DNA of 64,000 nucleotides, from contig CAVZPM010000011.1 in assembly GCA_963777155.1 (NCBI GenBank), forward strand, positions 25,791 through 89,790. Direction: 5' to 3'. The notes under the pieces were generated by a model. That model worked only from the letters and a program-made list of their open reading frames with translations, was not told where the DNA came from and did not search any database. This document shows positions 31,515-40,451 of this stretch, piece after piece. The stretch comes from Candidatus Bathyarchaeota archaeon (GTDB taxonomy: Archaea; Thermoproteota; Bathyarchaeia; Bathyarchaeales; Bathycorpusculaceae). The translations under genes and the position numbers were made by a program. The first letter of the stretch is position 1; each line of letters begins with the position of its first letter.

Positions 31515-32810
31515 CTAATTTTCGTGGAGTTCTCCTTTCAGATAGGTTCCCAAAGCCTCAACCACCTTAACCTGCAAGGTTTTGCCAAGCAATTTATCGT
31601 TGCTTTTTATGACAATTGGTTTGTAGGCGAAGTTGCGTCCAATCCATGAACCCTCCACTTTTCCCTTCTCATCCACAAACACTTCCCCACTCCAACCAAC
31701 CCAACGAAGGTTTCGCTCAGCCGAAAGCCGCTTCGCTAACTCCGACGCAACGGTGCTTCTCCGCTTGATTTCTTCCTTCTCAACTACACATTCTTTCATT
31801 CTGGCTGCCACAGTCTTTGGTCTGGCGAAAAACTTGGAAACATTAACTATGTCAGGTTTAACTTCTTCTAGAAGCTTGAGCGTATTCTCAAAGGCTTCTT
31901 TTGTTTCGCCTGGAAAACCAACGATAACGTCGGTTGCCAACGTTAACTGTGAAAATTCACCTCTAAAAGTATCCACGATTCCTTTGAACTCTGCTGCCGT
32001 ATAGAATCTACGCATGTGTTGGAGCACTGTATCATCGCCACTTTGCACTGGAAGATGCAGAAACTTGAAGATCTTCGGGTTGTCAAACGCAGTGATCAGT
32101 CGGGTTTGCATTTCGGTAACCAAGTTTGGCGTCATCATGCCAACCCTGACCCGAAAATCCCCTTGTAATCTGCCTATCTCTGACAGCAGGTCTGCGAGGT
32201 CAATGTATAACTCCCTGCCATAGCTTGCTGTATCCTGTGAAGTAAGCCAAAATTCTCTGACTCCAGCAACATAGTCACTTTTTACACGTTCCACTATTTC
32301 TTTTATGCTATAGCTTCTTAGGTGCCCCCGTGCGAAAACGACGCAGCAGTAGCTGCAGCTGCCCAAGCAACCAAAGTTTATGGGAACGATGCTTATGACT
32401 GGATTGGCTGTCTGCCTTGGAAGACTCAGAAGCGGTTTCTCTTTAACTGAATCTAAATCCACCACTTTCTCGCCAGCCAAAACACGTTTGACAACGTTAA
32501 CGATTTCACCGCCAACCGCTGGACCAACCGCACCATCAAAATGCACCTCGCGCAGTAGTCGCTCAAAACTAATCTTGGGCAAGCAGCCTGAAACCACGAT
32601 TTTTTTATCTGTTGGCGCGTGTTTTAAATCGTCGATTATGCGGTTCTCAGTTGGTCCTTTAACTGCGCAAGTGTTGAAGATTATCAAGTCAGCTTCTGCT
32701 TCTGAGCTGGTTAATTGAAATCCTGCTTCGGCTAGACAACCGGCTATGACTTCGCCGTCAGCCGTATTGGCGGAACAGCCATAGTTTTTTATGAAGACCT
32801 GCCAGACCAT
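31515..32810 (-). CDS. mtaB: tRNA t6A37 methylthiotransferase (archaeal e-MtaB/CDKAL1 type)
   Basis: YGCSAN, NTCAVK, GCLP, radical SAM CLGSCSYC, HLPVQSG, C-terminal TRAM domain. Confidence 0.88.
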   Translation of the reverse strand: MVWQVFIKNYGCSANTADGEVIAGCLAEAGFQLTSSEAEADLIIFNTCAVKGPTENRIIDDLKHAPTDKKIVVSGCLPKISFERLLREVHFDGAVGPAVGGEIVNVVKRVLAGEKVVDLDSVKEKPLLSLPRQTANPVISIVPINFGCLGSCSYCCVVFARGHLRSYSIKEIVERVKSDYVAGVREFWLTSQDTASYGRELYIDLADLLSEIGRLQGDFRVRVGMMTPNLVTEMQTRLITAFDNPKIFKFLHLPVQSGDDTVLQHMRRFYTAAEFKGIVDTFRGEFSQLTLATDVIVGFPGETKEAFENTLKLLEEVKPDIVNVSKFFARPKTVAARMKECVVEKEEIKRRSTVASELAKRLSAERNLRWVGWSGEVFVDEKGKVEGSWIGRNFAYKPIVIKSNDKLLGKTLQVKVVEALGTYLKGELHEN

Positions 32811-33019
32811 GGTTTATTCGCAAGTTAGTTGCTTCAACAAGGCATAAAAACGTAATCCTTACAGAGCTTGAATTGACAGATACCTGTCATCAAGCATCTT
32901 TCTAACTTTATAAGTAGTGGAACGAACATGTTATAAGCATATTTACAGTATGATATATAGAAGTATAACCAAGAATACATGTTTTAGATATTCATCCAGA
33001 AGTTACGGGAGAACCCTCT

Positions 33020-33175
33020 ATGAAACTAATCACTCTGTATTTACCTGAAACGTATATAAAAGCTTTGGACCAGTTGGTTGACGAACGGTTCTATCCGAAT
33101 CGTGCGGAAGCCATCAGGGTCGCAATCCGGGATCTAATTAGTGCTGAAGTTTGGAGGCGTAAAGGCGTTGACTAA
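33020..33175 (+). CDS. Ribbon-helix-helix regulator, CdrS-like (51 aa; not in ORF track)
   Basis: MKLITLYLPETYIKALDQLVDERFYPNRAEAIRVAIRDLI, with the xPNRxEAIR signature. Confidence 0.85.
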   Translation: MKLITLYLPETYIKALDQLVDERFYPNRAEAIRVAIRDLISAEVWRRKGVD

Positions 33176-33522
33176 ACATCTGCATGATGATGCTTTGAAA
33201 TGTCCATTAGGCATCGATGATGTCAAGATGGAAGTTGTTCCAGAAAGCATCAACCCAACTATGGTTCTTGCTTCGATCAAACATAAACCGTAAACCTAAA
33301 GGAAAAATGAAAGTCAGGATGGTTAAATCTAAAGTGACATCTAGAAAAAGCCGTTTGGAAAAAGCTACCAGTCACCTCTATGACCTTGAAGACTGCAGTG
33401 GACCAGAAAAAACCTTAAACATCGATTTCGGTCTGTATCAAATGGAAGAGTATTGAGTTACTTTTTTTCCCTTTTTACATTGATTTTGTTTTTGGAAAAG
33501 CTATTATTTCCCCGAACGCCAA

Positions 33523-34242
33523 TTGTTAGCCATGACCAATGTCCTAGAACAAATTAGAGCTGACCTAAAAGCTGCCACTGACCTAAAAACACAGCAGAGT
33601 TTTCAGCGTTTCTTCAAAGAACAAGTAAAATACTACGGCGTCAAGACAGAAACTGTTGGCAAAATCGCTAAGAAATATTGGCCTCAGGTAAAAGATTTGA
33701 GTAAACAGAAGCTTTTTGGGTTATGCGAGGAGCTTTATGGTTCCGATTACACCGAGGAAGCGTTCATTGTGTCATTCTGGCTCCCAAACTACATCGATCA
33801 CCTTGAACCAAATGATTTATCGACGTTCAAGCGTTGGATTGAATGTTACATCAACAACTGGGCTAAATGCGACGGGTTCTGCAACCACACCATCGGCGAC
33901 CTCATCCAAAAATATCCCCAAGCTATTGGCGAAATAAAGAGTTGGGCTAAAAGCAAAAACCGCTGGCTCAAACGTGCCTCCGCCGTATCGCTCATCGTTC
34001 CTGCAAAAAAAGGCTTGTTTCTGAAGGATGCCCTTGAAATCTGCGATACCTTGCTGGTAGATGGCGACGATATGGTGCAGAAGGGTTATGGATGGCTGCT
34101 CAAGGAGGAAAGCAGGAAGCATCAGAAAGAAATCTTCGACTATGTGGTTCGTAACCGAATGGTTATGCCGCGAACAGCCTTGCGGTATGCTATTGAGTTA
34201 ATGCCTAAAGAGCTTAAAGCAGAAGCCATGAAAAAAGACTAA
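33523..34242 (+). CDS. DNA alkylation repair protein (AlkD-like)
   Basis: FFKE, INNWAKCD, WLKRAS, DMVQKGYGWLLKE, PRTALRYAIE. Confidence 0.88.
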   Translation: MLAMTNVLEQIRADLKAATDLKTQQSFQRFFKEQVKYYGVKTETVGKIAKKYWPQVKDLSKQKLFGLCEELYGSDYTEEAFIVSFWLPNYIDHLEPNDLSTFKRWIECYINNWAKCDGFCNHTIGDLIQKYPQAIGEIKSWAKSKNRWLKRASAVSLIVPAKKGLFLKDALEICDTLLVDGDDMVQKGYGWLLKEESRKHQKEIFDYVVRNRMVMPRTALRYAIELMPKELKAEAMKKD

Positions 34243-34359
34243 CAGTCAAACATCGTTCAAGTAAACCTTAACTTAGGCATATTCTCCACGAATATCAATT
34301 TTAAATATAATCAGCAATTACAATTATCTTAAAGCAAAACTGTTCTGTGAGGTTAAGCG

Positions 34360-34914
34360 ATGAAGGTTGAACTTGGAGCAAAAAACTGTCTGTACCCTCT
34401 TCCCACCATATTAGTTGGTGCCTTAGTAAACGACAAACCCAACTACATCACCATAGCCCACGTTGGCATAGCTGAACCCGCCGCTGTATCGTTAGGCATG
34501 AACAAAATCCATTACACCAACCAAGGCATAAAAACCAACAAAACCTTCAGCATCAACATACCTTCAACTGCGATGGTTAAAGAAACCGATTACTGCGGCT
34601 TGGTCTCCGGCAAAGACGAAAACAAATCAGACATGTTTAAAACGTTTTATGGACAACTAAAAACAGCCCCCATGATTGAAGAATGCAGCATAAACATGGA
34701 ATGTGAACTAATCCAAACCGTTGATTTCCCAAACCACGACCTGTTCATCGGCAAAGTCGTTGCCACCCACTGCGACGAAGCTGTTCTCACCAACGGCGTT
34801 GTAGATTTAGGGAAGGTGCAGCCGATTCTGTTTGCGATGAATGATCGCAGCTACTGGAGCATCGGCAAGAAATTGGCGAAGGCTTGGAGCGTAGGTAAAG
34901 AGTATAAAAAATAG
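34360..34914 (+). CDS. Flavin reductase-like (flavoredoxin) protein
   Basis: LYPLP, FSINIP, DYCGLVSG, APMIEEC, HDLFIG. Confidence 0.88.
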   Translation: MKVELGAKNCLYPLPTILVGALVNDKPNYITIAHVGIAEPAAVSLGMNKIHYTNQGIKTNKTFSINIPSTAMVKETDYCGLVSGKDENKSDMFKTFYGQLKTAPMIEECSINMECELIQTVDFPNHDLFIGKVVATHCDEAVLTNGVVDLGKVQPILFAMNDRSYWSIGKKLAKAWSVGKEYKK

Positions 34915-34981
34915 TCGCCGCCACTTTTTTCTATTAATGAATTCAAAAACTGCTCTTTCCTCAACCCTTACGTCTGTACAG

Positions 34982-35987
34982 CTAACGTTGTTTGTTGCCG
35001 ACTCTGAGTTTTTCAACTTCTGTTCTTGCAGGCGGCGAAACCGTGACAGATTTGTCTAATTGAACTTTGCCATAATTCACCGTGACTTCGCCGTTTTTGG
35101 CATCTGAATAGGACTGCCGTCAATTCAGCAGCCGTCTTAATTGCTCCTTTGGTTTTTGGACCCTGCAAAAGGGTGACTGGACCCACAACCTTGGCTAACT
35201 CAAAGCAGAAGTCACTCGGCAACTTGTTGGCGCTTAAAAACTTGTTTTCTGCTTCGTTTCTGCCGACTATAAACTTGTTCTTACCCATGCGGAAATGTCT
35301 ACCGACCCGCAGCAACGCCACATCCGCCATGGAAATCCTTTTCTTGTTTTCGAAGAGGTCGCGGAGTTTTTTAGCGTATTCTTCACATGTCAAAAGGCAA
35401 CCGCCAGCAGGAGAAGGATACGTGGTGATACCGTATTCTTTAGCTAATTCAAACTGAGGCTTACGAGACCTACCCTGAATACTCAACAGTCTACTTCTAT
35501 CAACCAACCCCTTCTTTTCTGCAACCGTTTCAGCCAACAACTTTGCCGACAACGGACGCAAAAGCTTCCCCTTCAACCCGGCTTCTACTGCAATGGTCTT
35601 TAATGCAGGGCCATGTTGAGACATAGGGCGTTCACCTAAAACTTCGCCAGTGAAGAGAAATTCTGCGCCGATTTCTTTCGCATATTTTTTTGCCTGTTTT
35701 AAGATGAAGATTTTGCAGTCAACGCAGGGATTAAGGTTTTTGCCATAACCATGTTTAGGTTTGCGTAGCATCCGCAAATAATCATAATCGACAGCTACAA
35801 TTTTTAGAGGCACTTTAAGTTGTTCGGCTGCTTGGGCGGCTTCACTTGTGCCGTCTTTTTTGGGGATGCCAAACGGAGTCTTCACGTTGAAAGCTATAAC
35901 TTCGATGCCTTGTCTGCGGATTAGTTCTGTGGCAAGTATGCTGTCTAATCCACCTGATAGCAAACTGATGGCTTTAACGCGAGTCAT
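34982..35987 (-). CDS. ThiI/MnmA-like PP-loop tRNA thiolation protein with DUF814-like tail (frameshift near 35110)
   Basis: LLSGGLDS, NPCVDCK, TGEVLGERPMSQ, PAGGCLLT, GRHFR, VGRNEAEN. Confidence 0.8.
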
Positions 35988-36105
35988 AACGGTGATATAG
36001 TTTGTCACGGCAAATAATAATTTACCTATTAACAACAGTCAAAAGGCCAGGAAAAAACATGGGATATGAATAATTTTATTTATTGCTTCGTCAACTTGGA
36101 AAGGC

Positions 36106-36975
36106 ATGATTGGCGTAGCGTTGGCGATTCTTTCAGCGGTAACATCTGCCTTCTCGGTTGTCCTAGTTAGGAAATGCTCCAATCAATCAAGCTCCTTCAA
36201 CATTAGCTTAGCCATCACTTGGGTTGGCATGCTGTTTCTTTGGCCCTTTGCATTGTTCCTGACTGATTTTTCTGCAGCAAACCTCCCAAGCATCCTTCTC
36301 TTTGCCCTAAGCGGAATCCTAACCCCCGGCTTTGTAAGGTTACTATACTATCAGGGCATGAATAAGCTTGGGGCAGCAGTAAACTCTTCATTCTTCTCAG
36401 CTTATCCCCTCTACACTTCTCTCTTAGCAGTGTTTTTCTTAAGTGAATTCTTGGCGCCAGGCAACTGGGCGGGTATCCTACTAGTGTTTTTCGGCGGGAT
36501 TCTTGTGGAGTGGAGTACCCGCGGAGCCAGCCAAAACAAACATTCACGAAAAGACCACATCTATCCATTGCTAGGTGGCATAGTTTTGGGTGTCAGCAGC
36601 ATACTTCGCAAGTCTGCCTTAAACCAGTTTGATGCCCCCCTTCTTGGAGTCGCCATTGCATACACTGTTTCTCTTCTACCCTTCCTTATAATGCTGGCAT
36701 TTTCAGCGCAGACACGCAAAGAACTATCTTTGAAACGAGACACGCGTTTGTTCTGGGCCGCTGGAATCGGACAAGCAATAACTTGGCTGCTAAGTTTTTA
36801 CGCTTTAACTTTCGAGGACGTGTCAATAATAACGCCACTTGTCTCGATAGAACCTGTGTTTGTGGCGATATTTGCTTTCTTATACCTTCGAAAGATAGAG
36901 AGCGTATCTTCCAAACTGATTGTAAGCATAATTCTAACTGTGCTCGGCGTAGTGCTAGTTACCTGGAAATTCTAG
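36106..36975 (+). CDS. EamA/DMT-family transporter
   Basis: About ten TM helices in two repeats. Confidence 0.85.
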   Translation: MIGVALAILSAVTSAFSVVLVRKCSNQSSSFNISLAITWVGMLFLWPFALFLTDFSAANLPSILLFALSGILTPGFVRLLYYQGMNKLGAAVNSSFFSAYPLYTSLLAVFFLSEFLAPGNWAGILLVFFGGILVEWSTRGASQNKHSRKDHIYPLLGGIVLGVSSILRKSALNQFDAPLLGVAIAYTVSLLPFLIMLAFSAQTRKELSLKRDTRLFWAAGIGQAITWLLSFYALTFEDVSIITPLVSIEPVFVAIFAFLYLRKIESVSSKLIVSIILTVLGVVLVTWKF

Positions 36976-37083
36976 CTTTCACCATGCCTAGAAGGCCTTT
37001 TTTGACTCGACTGTAGAATAATTTAAAAAGCAATCTGTGAATATTTCCATTGGACTTTATAGAAATCTGCTTGAGGTTAAGAC

Positions 37084-38199
37084 GTGGACATCAGCATCTT
37101 CATCCCCGTTTACAAAGAATCCAACCAAATAGCAGGCGCTCTAAAAGAACTCGGCTCACAGAACGTTTCAAAGGAAATTTTTGTAACCGTAGATCAGCCA
37201 ACCGAAGGCTTTCTTGAAACCTTAAAAGATCTTAAACAAGAGAATCCGGACGTAAAGTTTATCGTTAACAAGGAACGGATAGGAAAAGCAAACGCATGCA
37301 ACCAAACTGTACAACTCTCAACCGGCAAGATTCTGCTTTTCCTCGACTCAGACGTAGCAATTCCAAAAGACCCTGACTACATCCGAAAAATAATCATGGA
37401 AATGCAACACATCGACATATTAGACATCAAAAAGAGAGTCACCAAAGACAAATCCTTCCTGTCAAAAATGACGTATTACGAGTACCTAACCTTCAACATA
37501 AGCTCGTGGCTGGCGTCAAGGTACATGCATAAGTGTCCAGCTGTAAATGGAGCTGCCTTCGCGATTAAACGGGAAATGTTCGAGAAAGTCCATGGGTTCC
37601 GAACCGTTGTAGCTGAAGACATCGACCTTGCCACACGCGCTTTTCTGGAGGAAAGCAGCTTTGCCTACACGACTGACGTAGAAGTAAAAAATGAAGTCTA
37701 CTCTGACTGGCATAAATGGTTCACTCAACGTCGAAGATGGGCAATTGGACAGGCTCTCTGGCTCAAAGATTGGTATAAACAGCTTGCCAGACGCTTCATC
37801 AAAAAACCGCAGGTATTCTTGCCTAGCATCTTTTTCCTCTACCCATCAGTTGTCGTATTTGTCTTAAGCGCGGTGATCCCAAGCATGTGGATGTACAATT
37901 CCTTCCTAGTTTTTTCATTGTTTCTCTCTGTAAAATTCAATATTGCCTTGCCCATTTTCCTGTTTTCGCTAGCCACAGCGGACTTGCTTAAAGTTTTAGT
38001 GATTTCGTTGAGTGGGTTTGCTATAACAGCGGGGATTTTCTATGGGTTTGGAAGAAAACTAGGCTTTAACCAAATAAAACTTCATGAACTATTCGTCTAC
38101 TACTTCTTCTATTCATCTATATGGTTCATAATCATTATTGTTGGGCACATCCAAGTGTTTGCTTTAGGCAAAAAAGCTGGACCAGGCTGGAAAACCTAA
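37084..38199 (+). CDS. GT2 glycosyltransferase with C-terminal TM helices
   Basis: IPVYKE, GKANA, FLDSD, AEDID, QRRRW. Confidence 0.9.
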   Translation: MDISIFIPVYKESNQIAGALKELGSQNVSKEIFVTVDQPTEGFLETLKDLKQENPDVKFIVNKERIGKANACNQTVQLSTGKILLFLDSDVAIPKDPDYIRKIIMEMQHIDILDIKKRVTKDKSFLSKMTYYEYLTFNISSWLASRYMHKCPAVNGAAFAIKREMFEKVHGFRTVVAEDIDLATRAFLEESSFAYTTDVEVKNEVYSDWHKWFTQRRRWAIGQALWLKDWYKQLARRFIKKPQVFLPSIFFLYPSVVVFVLSAVIPSMWMYNSFLVFSLFLSVKFNIALPIFLFSLATADLLKVLVISLSGFAITAGIFYGFGRKLGFNQIKLHELFVYYFFYSSIWFIIIIVGHIQVFALGKKAGPGWKT

Positions 38200-38381
38200 G
38201 GTACCTCCTTTGTCTTGGGGGTTTCTGCAAGGGGATTTCTTTAGGGTTATATGAACGTGCATTTCTTTTTTTGGCGTCTTTTGTGTAGTAGTCTGCAGCG
38301 CAGATGTTTGGTGGATATGTTTTGGTGGAAACCGATAGGTAAAATTATATTTGTAAGCGTCTCATTAAAGGTGCCCTAAGT

Positions 38382-38459
38382 GGGTCCGTGACGCAGTACG
38401 GATAGCGTGTCAGCCTTCTAAGCTGAAAGTCAAGGGTTCAAATCCCTTCGGACCCGCCA
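38382..38459 (+). tRNA. tRNA-Arg(TCT)
   Basis: Acceptor GGGTCCG/CGGACCC, anticodon arm TCAGC-CTTCTAA-GCTGA, T arm AAGGG-TTCAAAT-CCCTT, encoded CCA, no intron. Confidence 0.95.
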
Positions 38460-38536
38460 CTATTCTTAATTTGGTACCTTTTTCTATTACATTTTGATCA
38501 ATGGATTTGTTATTTGAGTCTTGACAAGGTTCAATG

Positions 38537-38781
38537 TTAGCTGTTTCTAAGTTTTCTATTGATATATTCCACGCTTTGTTGGTGATAGTAGAACTTCTTA
38601 TCTACTCCATAATGCCTTGCCTAGCATAGGGCGCTTCTCCATTCTTCCTAAAGAAAACTTGGATACTACAGACAACCGAATTATTACAGACTTCACATGG
38701 AAATCTATAACCTTGATTTTCATTCTTGACCAATCCTTCAGTTTGGAGCCCAGACTGGTCAACTTCAGATCTAAAGACCAT
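38537..38781 (-). pseudogene. Small zinc-binding protein next to the tRNA, frameshifted
   Basis: ..FPCEVC..IQVFFRKNG..YAR / ARHYGVDKKFYYHQQS.., a Cys/His pattern across one shift. Confidence 0.4.
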
Positions 38782-38844
38782 TAGAAAAAGTTCTTTAGTG
38801 TAAAGAAGCGTAAATTTTAAATTCTCACATTAAGGAGCTATATT

Positions 38845-39105
38845 TTGAGGATTGGTAGTTTGGCTATTTACTCAATTCCTTTTGAGAGGGCTGTTGAGTT
38901 GTGCAAACGTTACAGAGAAGAGCATATGGTACGCATGTTTAGTCAATGCTGGGGTTGTATTAGATTTTCTAAAGGCAATCCAGAGAAGATGTGCTTTTTC
39001 AGACCAAATGACAACAGAGGCTGTAAGTTCGTTAATCAACTCTACAAAGAAACACTTGAATGCATTACTCCAATAATCTGCAAATATCAAGAACTAATTT
39101 TGTAG
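38845..39105 (+). CDS. Small Cys-rich hypothetical protein
   Basis: AAGGAG RBS; QCWGC..MC..GC. Confidence 0.55.
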   Translation: MRIGSLAIYSIPFERAVELCKRYREEHMVRMFSQCWGCIRFSKGNPEKMCFFRPNDNRGCKFVNQLYKETLECITPIICKYQELIL

Positions 39106-39136
39106 CGTAAAAAACTAAATAAAAAATGAAAAAAAA

Positions 39137-39382
39137 CTAGTTGTTTTTGAATATTTTTAAAATCCTATTATCTGTCTTCTTCATTTCTCGGTTTACGATC
39201 TTCAATCTTTCCCTCAAGGATTCTATTGTCTTTAACTTATCAGAGGTTATTGTGATAACATTGGCGACCATTAGAGACTCATATAACTTAAGAATCTCAT
39301 GTTCTACTTCCAGTTTTTCAACACTCAACGTTTTATACTGTTTAAGCAATCTGTTGAATTCATCTTTTGAGAGTTTTTTCAT
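39137..39382 (-). CDS. Small basic coiled-coil hypothetical protein
   Basis: AGGTG RBS; 81 aa helical ORF. Confidence 0.45.
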   Translation of the reverse strand: MKKLSKDEFNRLLKQYKTLSVEKLEVEHEILKLYESLMVANVITITSDKLKTIESLRERLKIVNREMKKTDNRILKIFKNN

Positions 39383-39525
39383 TCACATCACACCTGTACT
39401 TGACCACAGTTTAGTCTGTTTGTATATTTGTATTTTTAGAAAAGACAACCCAAATAGAGGCTATATGCAATAAAGATGCAATTTAGCTAGGACAGTTATA
39501 GTGTTCTAAACGCTAGTTTGGAGTG

Positions 39526-39666
39526 TTAATGGGTTGATTGATAAATTCCAACTTGGAAGCTTTGGTGGCATTTATGGCAATAGTAGGTTTGAATATTGAA
39601 GGAGTAGTTTTCTAACGTTTTTGAGGGTTTGCTAACTTCTCTGCCACAACTTGGACAATGAGGCAT
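39526..39666 (-). CDS. Zinc-ribbon microprotein (46 aa; not in ORF track)
   Basis: MPHCPSCGREVSKPSKTLENYSFNIQTYYCHKCHQSFQVGIYQSTH*. Confidence 0.6.
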   Translation of the reverse strand: MPHCPSCGREVSKPSKTLENYSFNIQTYYCHKCHQSFQVGIYQSTH

Positions 39667-40451
39667 ATGCATCTATCTTTCTCTTTGCTGAAAATAGAAT
39701 ATTAGGGTTATGAACTCAGAGTAAGTAAGGTATTACGTCTCAATGGTTACATTATGTTTTTGAATATTGAAATGTGTACAGCAACCACCACAGACATACG
39801 CTTCAAGAACAAAGAAATGATTACTCAGTGTCCTTACAGGCTTCTCTATTTCTCTGCAACAATTAGGACATTTAGCCAAGTAATTCAAATCCAATCATTG
39901 ACAAACTCAAATTAAAGATAAGAACTTGTGTGACTGCAAAAAGAAGCTACAATTTTATTGTTGCTTTTTTTTACTCAGTTGTTACATGGACTGTTTGGAG
40001 TGAAAAATAAGTGGAAGTAATGCTTGCACCCATTTGTAAGAGGTGGGGAATTGGAAGTTGGGCGCAAGCATCACACTATTTTTTCCCTAAACATTATTCC
40101 TTCGTTATCTTCACTTAACACTTTTTGAGAAGACAATTTTACTATTTTGCAAAGAAGAAAGAGAAATCTAAACCTATTCATGGAATATCTTTGAAGCGAT
40201 TTAGCAAACTCGGTCTTTAGCTTAAACTTTTACGTGTTAACCAAGTCATTAATTTTATTTGGCTGCAATCCTCCAATAGCGTCATTAGATCAACAACTTT
40301 CATTTTTTAAAAATAGCCTTATTATGGTTAGAAAGTTTGCTAAAAAACAATTTTTAGCTAATTATTCATCCTAATGATTTGTCTGTTTGGAAAATTATAA
40401 ATACTAAGAGATAAAGAGATGGAAAGATAAAATTATAGGAGAGAAAAATTC

